DNA of 64,000 nucleotides from Polyangiaceae bacterium (GCA_050287085.1 JBNKBE010000010.1:163665-227664); one strand, 5' to 3'. Shown: positions 51,279-62,360, counted from the stretch's first letter. Notes: generated by a model not told the origin, from the letters alone. A program made the numbers and translations.

Positions 51279-52001
51279 TCACAGTAGTGGGTGCACCTCG
51301 AGCGCTTCGAGCACCGGACCAAAGCTGGTCAGCGGAAGCGGGGTGAAGTTTCGCTGTACCAGGCGAGGGTTTGATATCCGATCGAGACGAAACATGCGTT
51401 GCGCCTCGCGATGTAGGTCGTAGGTGAGTAGATAACAGACGGGAGGCTGGAGCAGGAGACCGTGCGGCTCCACCTCCCGCCGCGTTTGGGTGCAATTGCG
51501 GTCGCGATAGGAAAAGGCCATTCGGCATTGTTGTTCAAAGCAATGCTCAAATACCTCGAGCGTGGCGGCAGTCGCGGCTCCGAGTCCGCTCAGCACAGCG
51601 GGGGAGGCGGGGGGCCCCACGACGACGCGTCTGCACAGTCGTTGAATCTGCTTGGCGCGCTCCGTGGGCAAGGCGGCCATGATCTTTCCGAGGGCAGCCT
51701 GAGCAGGTCTGCCAAACGGTATCGATGTGGCACGCCGAGCGACGGATACGGCAAATACCAGGCCCATGAGCTCGGCGGCTTCAAAGCGGACGGGCGGGAC
51801 CGACCAGCGCTCGCCCAGCGCGACCCCACCGCCGCGTCCCATGTCGGTGTCGATGGCGATACCTCGACTCCGGAGAGCCGCGAGATCACGGTGCAGCGTC
51901 CGCACCGATACGTCGAAGCGTTCGGCTAGGGTTGCGACCGTGGTGGTTCCGAGGGTGCGGAGCGCGGCCACGATGGCGTCCTGTCTCGTTCGTCGGTCCA
52001 C
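51279..52001 (-). CDS. HTH-WYL (YafY-like) transcriptional regulator
   Basis: LAERFDVSVRTLHRDL, GRGGG, Y.DR....T.R.VEPHGL, R.FRLDRI. Confidence 0.92.
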   Translation of the reverse strand: MDRRTRQDAIVAALRTLGTTTVATLAERFDVSVRTLHRDLAALRSRGIAIDTDMGRGGGVALGERWSVPPVRFEAAELMGLVFAVSVARRATSIPFGRPAQAALGKIMAALPTERAKQIQRLCRRVVVGPPASPAVLSGLGAATAATLEVFEHCFEQQCRMAFSYRDRNCTQTRREVEPHGLLLQPPVCYLLTYDLHREAQRMFRLDRISNPRLVQRNFTPLPLTSFGPVLEALEVHPLL

Positions 52002-52022
52002 GTCGACTGCGTATCACCAAAC

Positions 52023-52039
52023 ATGACACAATTTGTCAT
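52023..52039. promoter_or_regulatory. Palindromic operator, probably for the WYL regulator
   Basis: ATGACA-CAATT-TGTCAT between divergent genes. Confidence 0.7.
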
Positions 52040-52097
52040 AGTTTCGACCTACGTCCTCATCGACCATGGACGGCCCATGGACGATTGGAGCTACGAA

Positions 52098-52421
52098 ATG
52101 ACAAAAAACACGACGGAAGTAGTAGAGATAGCGCAGTTCAAACTCTCTTCAGATGCGAGCGCGGAGTCCGTGCGCGGAAGCGCCAGCGAAGTCGACGCCT
52201 GGTTGCGCGCTCAGCCCGGGTTTGTCAGTCGCACGCTGATGGGACCGGATGACGACGGTCGCTACTTGGATCTCGTACGTTGGCGGTCGAGCAGCGAGGC
52301 GAAAGAGGCTGGTGAACGCTTCGTTGCGGCCGCCGAGACCTGTGAGTTCATGGGTCTGATCGATCCAGCCAGCGTCGAGATGCGGCACCTGCCGATCTTG
52401 TTGGACTTTGCCGTGAGCTAG
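52098..52421 (+). CDS. Antibiotic biosynthesis monooxygenase-like (dimeric alpha-beta barrel) protein
   Basis: EIAQFKL, WL..QPGF.SR, Y.D.V.W.S...A; GGAG RBS. Confidence 0.75.
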   Translation: MTKNTTEVVEIAQFKLSSDASAESVRGSASEVDAWLRAQPGFVSRTLMGPDDDGRYLDLVRWRSSSEAKEAGERFVAAAETCEFMGLIDPASVEMRHLPILLDFAVS

Positions 52422-52671
52422 CCGCTCTCGGGCAGCGCACGGAGAACCACCGATGTGCGCAAATCCGGGCAGTCGCCACGGAGCGACCCTCTTAGCGCGG
52501 TCGAAAGCTCAGCGTCGTCGCAAGCGTCCTGAGTTGCGTTCCGGCACAGCATCGGTGCCTTGGCGCTCGGGGCAGCCTCCGGGCTCAGCAAAGAATGCGT
52601 ACCGCTTATCGACCGGTGACCTGGCGTCGTCTAGATAGCGCGCACCACCGTGCTTCGCAGAAAGGACTTGC

Positions 52672-54633
52672 GTGTCGACTCTCAATCCCCCTTTCCCCTG
52701 GCAGCAGCGCTATGCTCATAAGCTCACAAGCCCAGAGCAGGCCATCAAGAAGATCCCAGCCGGTCGGCGCATCTTGATCGGCTCCGGGGCAGCTGAACCC
52801 GAGGCTTTGGTCAATGCTATGGTCGAGCATGGGCATCACCTGGCGGACAACGAAGTCGTCCACCTGTTGACGCTCGGGGCGGCGCCCTACGTCAGCCCCG
52901 AGCACGCGGCGCGTTTTCGTCACACGGCGTTCTTTATCGGCGGCAATACGCGGGCGGCCGTATTGGCGGGGCAGGCCGATTTCATGCCGGTCTTTCTGTC
53001 CGAGATTCCGGAACTCATTCGTTCACGTCGGGTGCGCGTTGACGTGGTGCTGATTCAGGTAAGTCCGCCCGATCGACACGGATTCTGCAGCCTGGGGGTC
53101 TCGGTGGACATCGTGCGGGCCGCGGTAGATTGTGCTGCGTTGATCATCGCGGAGGTCAATCCACACATGCCGCGCACCCTGGGTCAGTCGTTTGTTCCGG
53201 TTGAGCAGATCGACGTGCTGGTGCCGGTCGATACACCCCTATTCGAGCTTCCGACGCCGAATCTGGACGACGTTTCTCGAGAGATCGGCCGCCATGTTGC
53301 TTCCTTGATCCCCAACGGAGCCACGCTACAGACGGGCATTGGAAAGATTCCGCATGCTGTCACTGAGGCGCTTTCCAATCATCACGATCTGGGGGTGCAC
53401 ACCGAGATGCTCAGCGACTCGGTGATCGATCTCGTTGAAGGGGGAGTGATAAATGGAGCGCAGAAGACGCTGCTGCCCGGAAAGATTGTTACGACATTCG
53501 TGATGGGGACCAGTCGCCTGTATCGTTGGGTGGACGACAATCCACTCGTCGAGCTGCGCCCCAGCGACTTCACGAATGATCCAACGGTCATCGCTCGCAA
53601 CGACCGAATGATATCCATCAATTCTGCGCTGGCTGTCGATCTGACGGGTCAGGTTGCGGCTGACAGCCTGCGCGGCAAGTTCTTTTCCGGGATCGGGGGG
53701 CAGGTGGACTTCGTACGCGGCGCCGCTCGGAGCCGCGGGGGGAGACCCATCATCGCGTTGCCTTCGACGGCTGAGAAGGGCAGCACCAGCCGGATTCAGG
53801 CGGTGCTCGATGAGGGCACCGGCATCGTGACGAGCCGCGGGGATGTGCACTACGTCGTTACGGAGTACGGGATTGCCGACCTGTGGGGCAAGAGCGTCCG
53901 GGAGCGAGCGACGGCGCTGATCTCCATCGCTCATCCGGACTTTCGGAGCGAGCTCATCGAGGCAGCCAAGGCCCGTCGATACATCTTTCCTGACCAGGCC
54001 GTGCCGCGCGGCCCTCATCGTGGTGACGAGGCGAACCGAGTGCATCTGCGCGACGACCGTACTGTGGCGCTTCGTCCGGCGCGGACTACCGACGAGCGGG
54101 CGCTCCAGGACTTCTTCTATCGCTTGTCGGAGGAGGCGGTCTACAAGCGCTTTCTTCACTGGAAGACACGCTACCCGCATCAAGAAGTGTCATCTCTGGT
54201 CAACCCCGACTACGAGCATACCTACACCCTCGTGGCTGTTCCTGAGGGTGACGAGACGGGTCAGATCGTGGGCATGGGGCGCTACGTGGTGGACGCAGCA
54301 ACCCGCTATGCGGACGTAGCGTTTGTCGTGGAGGACGGCTGGCAACAGCTTGGCGTCGGCAAGAGCATGCTGAGCAAGCTCACGGAGGTGGCGCAGGCGC
54401 GAGGTCTACACGGCTTCACTGCAGATACATTGTCTACCAATAGGCCAATGCTCGCATTGTTCGAGGGCAGCGGTTTGCGCTGCGAGTTGGAGCGGGTAGA
54501 CAATATGACACATGTCGTGCTCAATTTCTTCGACGCTGCGGGCGCCCCGGCGAGTTCCAGCGCGTCTCGACGGCCGCGGGAGCCTGGCACCTCACCCGCG
54601 CCGAGACGGTCTGTGACTCCACCCGCGCGTTGA
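52672..54633 (+). CDS. Acetyl-CoA hydrolase/4-hydroxybutyrate CoA-transferase fused to a C-terminal GNAT
   Basis: GATLQTGIGKIP, HTEM, SGIGGQVDF.RGA, VTEYG; GNAT V.D.WQ..G.G, N.PM. Confidence 0.9.
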   Translation: MSTLNPPFPWQQRYAHKLTSPEQAIKKIPAGRRILIGSGAAEPEALVNAMVEHGHHLADNEVVHLLTLGAAPYVSPEHAARFRHTAFFIGGNTRAAVLAGQADFMPVFLSEIPELIRSRRVRVDVVLIQVSPPDRHGFCSLGVSVDIVRAAVDCAALIIAEVNPHMPRTLGQSFVPVEQIDVLVPVDTPLFELPTPNLDDVSREIGRHVASLIPNGATLQTGIGKIPHAVTEALSNHHDLGVHTEMLSDSVIDLVEGGVINGAQKTLLPGKIVTTFVMGTSRLYRWVDDNPLVELRPSDFTNDPTVIARNDRMISINSALAVDLTGQVAADSLRGKFFSGIGGQVDFVRGAARSRGGRPIIALPSTAEKGSTSRIQAVLDEGTGIVTSRGDVHYVVTEYGIADLWGKSVRERATALISIAHPDFRSELIEAAKARRYIFPDQAVPRGPHRGDEANRVHLRDDRTVALRPARTTDERALQDFFYRLSEEAVYKRFLHWKTRYPHQEVSSLVNPDYEHTYTLVAVPEGDETGQIVGMGRYVVDAATRYADVAFVVEDGWQQLGVGKSMLSKLTEVAQARGLHGFTADTLSTNRPMLALFEGSGLRCELERVDNMTHVVLNFFDAAGAPASSSASRRPREPGTSPAPRRSVTPPAR

Positions 54634-54693
54634 GGGGGACTATCTCGAGAGGCTGAGGTTGACGGTCGCATCCCTTGGCGTCAGAGCATAGCC

Positions 54694-54921
54694 ATGGCAG
54701 GTCTCCCACTCCACCCGGCGCGTCCAGAGCGAATCTGCTGGGGTTGTCCGCGTTATTGTCGTGCAGACGACCTGGCATGTGGCAACGGCACCGTGCGCAC
54801 GCCCCATCCGCAAGAGCTCTTTGGCGATGACTGGCTCGAGTGGGCGCAGGACAGCGAGATCGAGGTAGGCGGACCCGATCCCTCCGCGCCCGACGCAAAG
54901 CCGGATGCCGAACGATGCTAG
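54694..54921 (+). CDS. DUF3079-family small Cys-rich protein
   Basis: PLHP..PERICWGC..YC....L.CGNG..RT.HP.ELFGDDW. Confidence 0.85.
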   Translation: MAGLPLHPARPERICWGCPRYCRADDLACGNGTVRTPHPQELFGDDWLEWAQDSEIEVGGPDPSAPDAKPDAERC

Positions 54922-55028
54922 GGCTGCGTTAGCAAGGAATAGAGCCGAGGTGCGAGGTTCTGCACCTGCGCTCCCCGGCTACCGCATGGCTGCGTCCGAC
55001 AGGCTAGAAGGCTTGCTGCGCGTGCGTC

Positions 55029-56288
55029 TCAGAGCTGCGCAGATTCTTGCGACGCGTCCCGCAGGTGCCGCGTTAGGTGGTCTACCACGTGGCGAGCGTC
55101 GCGGCCCACGCCCGACATGCGACCCGAACCCCAAGTGTGAAGCCATGGCAAGCCCAAGAAGTAGAGTCCGGGGCAGCTGCTGACGCCTCGCTGGTGTCTT
55201 GGGTATCCGCGTTCGTCAAAGATATCGAGCTTGACGAAGCTGCCGAAGTTGGAGCGGAAGCCAATAGACCAGACGACGCTAGTGATGCCTTGAGCCTCCA
55301 AGTCGAGCTCGCGGGGCTCATGCTCTGGGGTCCATGGGGCGACGTACGGTGGCTCGTCGGGTACAGCAATACCCGCCTGGAGGATGTAGTTGTCTATCAG
55401 CGTTCGGATGCCGTTGTATACGGCATCGGCAGCGTCGAGGCGCTCGCGCAGGTCCGGGGCGAAATGGCAGGTGCCGCCCGAGATGTCGCTAAGGTAGCCA
55501 TACAAGCGCATTCCTCGCAGTGCATGGAGTCGCAGATCGATTTCGCGCCCGCCGTCTCGACCCGTCAGGTAGTGGTTGGTCTTGTCGCGGGTTGAGTCTA
55601 CGTCTGGATGCGCCTCGACCGGAGTGTTGTAGTAGCCCATCTCATCGAGCCAAGACACGACGTCTCGACCGCGGTAGACGCGCGGCGAGCGTGGTGCATC
55701 GCCCAGGCAGAGGTGTACTTCGCGCCCGGCAAAGTGCAGGTCTTCTGCGATCTGACAGCCACTTTGACCACTGCCGACCACGAGGACGGCTCCCCTGGGA
55801 AGCTGGTCAGGGTTCTTGTAGTCGCGGGAGTGCATCTGCAGAATTCCCGTTGGGATTTCGGTGGCAAACGGCGGAACGATCGGACGGTGATAGGCCCCAA
55901 CCGCCAAAATCACCGCGCGCGTACGCAATGAACCGCTACTGGTATCGATCTGTAGGTTGCCGTTTGCCAGGCGCCGCACGCTATCGACCGAAACACCAGT
56001 TCGGAGCGGGGGCGCCACAAACTTCGCGTACGACTCGAGATAGCCCACGATATCTTCTTTGGGCATGAAACCGTCCGGGTCGGAGCCTTGGTAGGGATAT
56101 CCGGGTAGCTGGCACTGCCAGTTTGGGGTAACCAGACAGAAGGAATCCCACCGCTCGCTTCGCCACGCGTGCGCGAGTTCACTGCGTTCGAGCAGTACGT
56201 GCTCGATATTCTGTTGCTTCAGGTAGTAGCTGGCGCTTAGCCCGGCTTGGCCGGCGCCAACGACTACGACGGGGTAGTCTATGCTCAT
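55029..56288 (-). CDS. MSMEG_0569-family FAD oxidoreductase (Nit1C NitH)
   Basis: GAGQAG, RWDSFCLVTPNWQC, GSGQSGCQIAEDL, TWGSGR. Confidence 0.9.
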   Translation of the reverse strand: MSIDYPVVVVGAGQAGLSASYYLKQQNIEHVLLERSELAHAWRSERWDSFCLVTPNWQCQLPGYPYQGSDPDGFMPKEDIVGYLESYAKFVAPPLRTGVSVDSVRRLANGNLQIDTSSGSLRTRAVILAVGAYHRPIVPPFATEIPTGILQMHSRDYKNPDQLPRGAVLVVGSGQSGCQIAEDLHFAGREVHLCLGDAPRSPRVYRGRDVVSWLDEMGYYNTPVEAHPDVDSTRDKTNHYLTGRDGGREIDLRLHALRGMRLYGYLSDISGGTCHFAPDLRERLDAADAVYNGIRTLIDNYILQAGIAVPDEPPYVAPWTPEHEPRELDLEAQGITSVVWSIGFRSNFGSFVKLDIFDERGYPRHQRGVSSCPGLYFLGLPWLHTWGSGRMSGVGRDARHVVDHLTRHLRDASQESAQL

Positions 56289-56371
56289 GTTGTTTTCGCT
56301 CTGGTGGGTAGGGCGGCTTCTGGGTCTGACGCGCCGCTCGGGCGCCCGTTTCTCGGCGGCGTAGGTTGCGG

Positions 56372-56665
56372 CTAGGTGCGGACTTTTGCGGCGAGGGAGA
56401 GAATCTTGACGGGCGATTCCGCCTCGTAGCCTTGCGCTCGCGTCTCGAGCGCAGAAAGCTGATCCATGGCGGCGCTGCAGTAGAATCCGTACTTGGCACG
56501 CACGCGCTCGGCACCGATACGCAATGCAGCGCGCGAACGCTCCATGAATTCATAAACCGGGTAGATGGCTCCCTCCGTCATCAGTTCGCTGACTACGAGC
56601 GAAGGCGAGTAGCAGCTATCCTCCGAGCCATCTGGCCATTGTACCGTGAAGTGCATCTCAGGCAT
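56372..56665 (-). CDS. MSMEG_0570-family protein (NitG)
   Basis: MPEMHF.V.WPDG....CYSPSLV, RV.AKYGF.CS.A.DQL. Confidence 0.9.
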   Translation of the reverse strand: MPEMHFTVQWPDGSEDSCYSPSLVVSELMTEGAIYPVYEFMERSRAALRIGAERVRAKYGFYCSAAMDQLSALETRAQGYEAESPVKILSLAAKVRT

Positions 56666-57860
56666 GAGAGAGTTCCTGTTGTGCGGGCGAATCCAGCCTT
56701 GAAGTCTGCGCGAAGTCATAGCGAGCGCTCTTTCCAAGGTGGTCGGTGAAGGCATCCGCGTAGCGTTCGGCCACGCGTGCCCAGCTCATGGTGCTCGCGG
56801 CCTGGACGCCAGCGCGATGTCGTGTGGGATTAGGATGAAGCGCTCTTAGGAGCGCTGCGGCGATTGACGTTGGCGCGAGGGGATCGGCCCATTCTACGGC
56901 TGCGGCGGGTATGACCTCCAGGAAGGGTTGACATCGGCTCACGACCGCGGGCGTGCCCGCGGCAAGCGCTTCTAGGACGGTGAGACCAAAGCCCTCTAGC
57001 AGCGATGGGCAGGCGAAGACGTCAGCGCAGGCGAGGAGGGCTGCGACGTCGCTTTCGGGGATCACCCCGAGTTCGACGATCGCATCACCCACGGCCAGTT
57101 CTGCGCGGCGCATGTGGAAGCGCTGCTGATACCGGCCATGGTCCAGGACGCTCGCGCCGCCCGCGATAGCCCAGCGCGCCTCGGGAAAGCTTCGGTGCAG
57201 CTCCGCGAAGGCGTCGAGAAGACCAAGCGTGTTCTTGCGCTCCTCTATGCCGCCAAAAGAGACGAGCAGCGGGCCGCTAGCACCGGCGAGCAAGCGCGCG
57301 CGAAGCGCCTGCGTGCGCACGGGTGACGGACTTGCAAAGCGCTCCCGATCGACACCGTTGCCGACGAGGGTGGTGTCTCGACCAAAGTGCGCTTTGACTT
57401 CTCGCTGGGCCTCAGCGCTCACCGTAAGTAGGTGGTCTGCGCGCTGGATGGAGTTCTGTTGGCAACGCGCCAAGTAGGGATCTGCGAAGCGCTCAACGTG
57501 ATGGACGGTGCGTGTCACCATACCTCCGTTCTTCCAACGGAGCAGACCGCTCGCGCTTAGACAATCCTGGGCGTGGTAGACGTCGTGTTGGGGGCACGCC
57601 ATGCGAAGATATTGCTCGACTTCAGCGATGCGCTGGGCGACGAGCTGAGCGCCGGGGCCACGGGCGCGCTGAGCCCGGATGAGGACATGAGGACAGGAAA
57701 GTGGGCGGTAGAATCCCGTGTCCTCCTTGTCCAATGCGTAAAGAGTGGTCGGAACGCCAGCGGCATGGAGAGCTTCGGCAACGTAGGCGGCGTGCACCAC
57801 GCTGCCCCGCGGTAGCGTGGAGTAGGTGAACATCGCAACAGTGTAGGGGAGCGTTGGCAT
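56658..57860 (-). CDS. MSMEG_0565-family GT4 glycosyltransferase
   Basis: TYST.PRG.VVH, HAQDC, GGIE.RKN, EGFGL.VLEALA. Confidence 0.88.
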   Translation of the reverse strand: MPTLPYTVAMFTYSTLPRGSVVHAAYVAEALHAAGVPTTLYALDKEDTGFYRPLSCPHVLIRAQRARGPGAQLVAQRIAEVEQYLRMACPQHDVYHAQDCLSASGLLRWKNGGMVTRTVHHVERFADPYLARCQQNSIQRADHLLTVSAEAQREVKAHFGRDTTLVGNGVDRERFASPSPVRTQALRARLLAGASGPLLVSFGGIEERKNTLGLLDAFAELHRSFPEARWAIAGGASVLDHGRYQQRFHMRRAELAVGDAIVELGVIPESDVAALLACADVFACPSLLEGFGLTVLEALAAGTPAVVSRCQPFLEVIPAAAVEWADPLAPTSIAAALLRALHPNPTRHRAGVQAASTMSWARVAERYADAFTDHLGKSARYDFAQTSRLDSPAQQELSHA

Positions 57861-58906
57861 TACGATGCCTTCCGCGGGACGAGCGGCAGGACGTCGTGGG
57901 GGGCGTCGGGTTCCGCGCTTCCGAACCCCGTGAGGGACGTCTCGGCGACGTCCCACAGCAGCGCTTCGTGTCCAGCCAGAGCAAGCCGCACCTGGCGACC
58001 GGTGTCTAGATGTCCCACAGTGGCCGCTGCGATGCCTGCGACCTGAAAGTGCCGTTGCAGCGCGCTCACCTTGTCAGGGGGTGTGGTGAGAAGATAGCCG
58101 AAGCTCGGAAAGGTTAGGAGCCACCGTCTCAGGTCGACGCCGTGCGGCAGAGGAAGACGCTCCAGGTCTAGGACGGCGCCCAGTCCGGCGCCTTCACACA
58201 GCATCACGAGTGTGCCAGCCACGCCAGCCTGACTGATGTCTTTCGCCGCGTGAGCCAGTTCGAGTTCTGCCGCCTGGGACAGCAGCCGGATCTGATGCCG
58301 TAGCTGTTCACGACTTGCGGCCGTTGCCGCATTGAAATGGTCGTAGTGTCCGCGATAGGCGCCGCGAAGGTCTACGGCGCACACAATGGCGTCTCCTGGC
58401 TTAGCGTTGAGAGTGGAGAGCAGACGTCGGGCTCGTCCCACAATGGCTACCGAAAGCCATGTTTCGCCGGAGCTTTGCCCCGTGTGCCCGCCCACGATGG
58501 GAACACCAAAGGCTGCCGCGGCGTCGCGCATGCCGGCCAAGACTCGTCGGTTGTCCACGTCAGAGCCTGCAAACAACACGTCGGTTACGGCGTAGGGCAC
58601 GCCGCCCATTGCCGCGATGTCATTGACGTTGACCATCACCGAGCAGAAGCCGGCGAACCAGGGATCTTGCCGCACGAATTGTGCTTGTAGTCCTTCAGCG
58701 GCGACGAGTAGGTAGCCGTTCCCGTCTACGATGGCGGCGGCGTCGTCGCCGTTGCATATGACGTCGGCTGTTTCTGTCCAGGCGCTGGTGGCAGAATGTC
58801 CAAACTGGCGAGCCACGTCCTGAATGGGTTGTTTCGAACGCAGCCCACTGTGGCTTCGCACGGCACCAGCCAGTTGCTCGAGAGCGGCCGAAGGGGAGTG
58901 GATCAT
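57860..58906 (-). CDS. Sll0787-family AIR-synthase-like protein (NitF)
   Basis: GDD.AA, PWFAG.CSVMVNVNDIAAMGG, GGHT, KDIS.AG, WL..FPSFG. Confidence 0.9.
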   Translation of the reverse strand: MIHSPSAALEQLAGAVRSHSGLRSKQPIQDVARQFGHSATSAWTETADVICNGDDAAAIVDGNGYLLVAAEGLQAQFVRQDPWFAGFCSVMVNVNDIAAMGGVPYAVTDVLFAGSDVDNRRVLAGMRDAAAAFGVPIVGGHTGQSSGETWLSVAIVGRARRLLSTLNAKPGDAIVCAVDLRGAYRGHYDHFNAATAASREQLRHQIRLLSQAAELELAHAAKDISQAGVAGTLVMLCEGAGLGAVLDLERLPLPHGVDLRRWLLTFPSFGYLLTTPPDKVSALQRHFQVAGIAAATVGHLDTGRQVRLALAGHEALLWDVAETSLTGFGSAEPDAPHDVLPLVPRKAS

Positions 58907-59535
58907 GCGGCTAACTCCGAACGGCTTCTGGCGGTCAGGCGGGCAGCGCAGTCAGCCCATAGGACGTCGTGTTGTTGACCAAAGTGGACCGGGGGGTAGT
59001 GGGCGAGATCCGCTTCCATGAGCGCGTGTCGATGACCACATACTTCCACGGAGCCACGGGTCTCGAAGTGGTGACGTTCGAAGTAGCGGACCACCTGGGG
59101 TTGAACCGTGGCCAGAAACTCCCTGCAACCCAGGGCGTGGGCCGTGCACACTGCTGCACGGATCAATGACTCCCCCACGACGCCGTGGCGACGGTAACGA
59201 TGCAGGACAGCGAGGCGCCCGCCGTACCAGGTGTTGCCCATTTGGCGATAGATGCGCACGGTGCCGATCACCTCATGCGGCATGCCGCAATTGCCGCTCA
59301 TGGCCACGATCGGAAGCGAGGAAGGATCGACTGCGTCTACGTCGGAGCTCGAGAACAGGCCTTGTTCGTCGACGAATACCTGGTCTCTTAGGCGATGGTA
59401 GTCACGGAGCTGCCAGGCCTCGGTCGCGACCTGAGTTACGATGCCCCGGGAGCGATAGGCTTTGAGCCATGGAGATGCGCTACCGGTGCTTGTAGACGTC
59501 TGCACGAGCTCGAGTAGTGGGTTTGGATCAAGCAT
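58903..59535 (-). CDS. MSMEG_0567/Sll0786-family GNAT (NitE)
   Basis: LR..VFV.EQGLF..D.D, GTVRI, WYGGRLAV, LGC..FLATVQ. Confidence 0.88.
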   Translation of the reverse strand: MLDPNPLLELVQTSTSTGSASPWLKAYRSRGIVTQVATEAWQLRDYHRLRDQVFVDEQGLFSSSDVDAVDPSSLPIVAMSGNCGMPHEVIGTVRIYRQMGNTWYGGRLAVLHRYRRHGVVGESLIRAAVCTAHALGCREFLATVQPQVVRYFERHHFETRGSVEVCGHRHALMEADLAHYPPVHFGQQHDVLWADCAARLTARSRSELAA

Positions 59536-60778
59536 GACGGACTCCCTCCGGTGGCAGGGTTCTGCTTGCCTCACGGGCGCGAAGGGTCGAACACGCGCCG
59601 CAGCGGCCGCAGCCAGCGCTCATGGCGTGGGCGGATAGTCCGGCGCCTGCGATCACTTCCGCTACTCCGTCGAGGACGTATTGCATCAGTGCAGGGCTCG
59701 GAGCGGGGTGCTCAGCCAAGGGAGTGCCGCCGATCGGCACGAACGGTACGACAAAAGGATAAACGCCGCGCGTGGCGAGTTCTTGGCACGCGCTGAGGAT
59801 GGCGTCAGCGCTGTCGCCGAGCCCGGCGAGAATGTAGGTGGACACCTGCCCCCAGCCGAAGACAGGAACCGCGGCTTCGAAGGCCGATAGGTACTGCTGG
59901 AAGCTGACCTCGGCTTTGCCCGGCATGATGCGCTTACGGACCGCCTCGGTAACCGCTTCCACGTGCATGCCGAGCGCATCGGCACCCGCGTCTTTGAGAC
60001 GGTGATACCAAGTTGGGTCTTCGGGGGGTTCACATTGCACCTGAATTGGGATGGGAACAGCGGCTTTGACGGCTGCCGCTGACTCGCACAGCAGGGCGGC
60101 GCCGCGGTCTTTGCCGGGCGGCGTGCCGGTGGTCATGATAAGTTGTTCGACGGCGTCGAGTTCCACCGCGGCTTTGGCGACCTCGGAGAGTTGGGTCGGC
60201 GTCTTTCGTGCGATAGTAGAGCGAGCGGCCAGGGACTGACCGATGGCGCAGAACTGACACGACGTGCTGCGGTTCGCGTAGCGGATGCAGTTCTGCAGTA
60301 CGGTGGTGGCAAGGACCTTCTCCGCATGTAGCGTCGCCAGCTTCCACATGGGGGTGCCGTCACTGGAGCTCAGCTTGTAGAAGCGCGGCGCGGTCGGAAA
60401 ACGCACGCGTGCCAGAGGCTCGTTGTCGCGCAACAATACCGCCTCGCCACCCGAAGCCTTGTCGTCTTCTTTAGCGCCTTGAAGGGAGCGGAAGGAGTAG
60501 GGAGACTGGAGCGCATGTCCGGTGTGGATGGGAACCATAATGACCTGGCCCCCCAATTTGATCGCCTTGTGGTCTGAAGGACCCGCACCACCAACCCGGC
60601 TCAGGCCGGGGCTTGTGCCGTTGTCCCAGCGGGCGCCGCGGGCTTGAAGATCGCTCAACAGTTCGGTTAGGCCTGCGTTCGGAGTGGCTCCCAGTTCACG
60701 GTTCATGTCCGGGTCTAGCAGTGGGAGGTGGCGCCTGCTGACCGTCGTGCTTTGCGGGATCGCGGTGAGTGGGGGCAT
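59528..60778 (-). CDS. MSMEG_0568-family radical SAM protein (NitD)
   Basis: [20 protein letters not shown].....[27 protein letters not shown]; start may be 60706. Confidence 0.92.
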   Translation of the reverse strand: MPPLTAIPQSTTVSRRHLPLLDPDMNRELGATPNAGLTELLSDLQARGARWDNGTSPGLSRVGGAGPSDHKAIKLGGQVIMVPIHTGHALQSPYSFRSLQGAKEDDKASGGEAVLLRDNEPLARVRFPTAPRFYKLSSSDGTPMWKLATLHAEKVLATTVLQNCIRYANRSTSCQFCAIGQSLAARSTIARKTPTQLSEVAKAAVELDAVEQLIMTTGTPPGKDRGAALLCESAAAVKAAVPIPIQVQCEPPEDPTWYHRLKDAGADALGMHVEAVTEAVRKRIMPGKAEVSFQQYLSAFEAAVPVFGWGQVSTYILAGLGDSADAILSACQELATRGVYPFVVPFVPIGGTPLAEHPAPSPALMQYVLDGVAEVIAGAGLSAHAMSAGCGRCGACSTLRAREASRTLPPEGVRHA

Positions 60779-61709
60779 CGTATTCCAAGGGTTGGATCGG
60801 GAGCTGTTCCCGGCGGTTGATGAGTAGTGAAAGCAGTTCGGGTCGACTGTAGTGACCGACGCTATCCATCATGCGTTTGCGCTTGACGAGCAGTTCGCGG
60901 TCGAGGTCGGCCACCACCATGCCTTCGCCCTGAGTCAAGGGCTCGGCGAGCAAAGTGCCCTCCGGCGAGACTATCGCGGTGTAGCAGCCGCCTTGCAGCG
61001 CTCCCGAAAGCGAGGTTCCCTCGGCCAGGGCCGCGACTTGTTCGGGCTCGAGCCAGCCTGTCGAGTTAACGACAAAGCAGCCGCTTTCTAGGGCGTGGTG
61101 GCGGATCGTCGCCTGGATCTGGTCGGCGAAGATCTGCCCCACCATCGATCCGGGAAACATCCCAATGTGGATCTCTTCGTGGTCCGCCATCAGGGCGTAG
61201 CGGGCCAGAGGGTTGTAGTGCTCCCAACACGCTAGACTTCCTATCCGTCCCGCGGCGGTATCGACGCACCGTAGACCAGAGCCGTCTCCTTGGCCCCATA
61301 CCATACGCTCGTGAAAGGTCGGGGTTATCTTGCGTCGACGTTGCACGAGCTGGCCGTCGGCGTCGAAGAGAAGCTGGGTGTTGTAGAGCGTGCCGTGGTC
61401 GCGTTCATTGACGCCGACCGACACTACCATTGCGTTTGTTCTGGCCGCCTCAGCCAGTGCTGCCGTTGCGGCGGATGGGACGACGACGGACTGTTCGTAG
61501 AGGGCCATGTGGTCTCGCCCCATGGCCGCGGGTGCCTTGATGAATGAGAAGTACGGGTAGTAGGGAACGACCGTTTCCGGAAAAACACACAGCTCGACCC
61601 CGTCTGCGCCTGCGCGTTTTATGGCTGTGATGATCTTGTCAATGGTTCCGTCGCAACTGCCGAGCACTGGGCTGAGCTGTACGGCGGCGGCACGAAGGGT
61701 AGGACGCAT
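60696..61709 (-). CDS. Nit6803/Sll0784-type nitrilase (NitC)
   Basis: [38 protein letters not shown] (E-K-C triad). Confidence 0.93.
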   Translation of the reverse strand: MRPTLRAAAVQLSPVLGSCDGTIDKIITAIKRAGADGVELCVFPETVVPYYPYFSFIKAPAAMGRDHMALYEQSVVVPSAATAALAEAARTNAMVVSVGVNERDHGTLYNTQLLFDADGQLVQRRRKITPTFHERMVWGQGDGSGLRCVDTAAGRIGSLACWEHYNPLARYALMADHEEIHIGMFPGSMVGQIFADQIQATIRHHALESGCFVVNSTGWLEPEQVAALAEGTSLSGALQGGCYTAIVSPEGTLLAEPLTQGEGMVVADLDRELLVKRKRMMDSVGHYSRPELLSLLINRREQLPIQPLEYDAPTHRDPAKHDGQQAPPPTARPGHEP

Positions 61710-61746
61710 GGCGGTTCCGAGCTGGTGATTGTGTTCGGGGGACGCG

Positions 61747-62229
61747 TTACATCGTCCAGGTGTCTAGGATGAAAGCGCCGTCTTTGCGGTGCATCAGCAC
61801 TATGTCCAACACGTCCAGTGGATTGATGGGACGGATACCGGGGATGAGTGATGGCTCGCCATGGCCGTACAGCGCTTGCAGTGCAAAGCGGCAGGCATAG
61901 ACCTTGCCTCCTTCGCTCATGAACTTCTCAATCTGACCGTTCATGGCCATATGTCCAGGAAAGGCTTCGTCCCCGAGTTTGGGGAAGCCGCGCTGGACTC
62001 CAAGCGTGACGCCCGGTCCATACAGCAGGACCGATGTTTCAAAGCCCTTTCGAAGCAGCCGTGTGGCTTGGAGCAGGTTTACGAGTCCTATCGAACCTTC
62101 GAACGCGACGGTATGAAACGTTACCAAGGCTTTTTCACCAGGTTCGGCCTTGATATCTGGGAAGACCTTTTCTTCGTAGTCGACGAGGAAGTCACCGGTC
62201 TTGTTGGGGGTCTTTTCGACTGTAGGCAT
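61747..62229 (-). CDS. MSMEG_0572/Sll0783-family DsrE-like protein (NitB)
   Basis: [48 protein letters not shown]. Confidence 0.93.
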   Translation of the reverse strand: MPTVEKTPNKTGDFLVDYEEKVFPDIKAEPGEKALVTFHTVAFEGSIGLVNLLQATRLLRKGFETSVLLYGPGVTLGVQRGFPKLGDEAFPGHMAMNGQIEKFMSEGGKVYACRFALQALYGHGEPSLIPGIRPINPLDVLDIVLMHRKDGAFILDTWTM

Positions 62230-62360
62230 AGCGCTCCTAATTGAGGGAAAATGCGGATGTGGGGCCGGCGATGGAGATTCCTGGCAGCGGCTTGTGAGCC
62301 GTGGGTAAGCTAAGAGCGACACCAGGTGAGTCCTATTGTCCGACTCACGGTGATCCCCAA

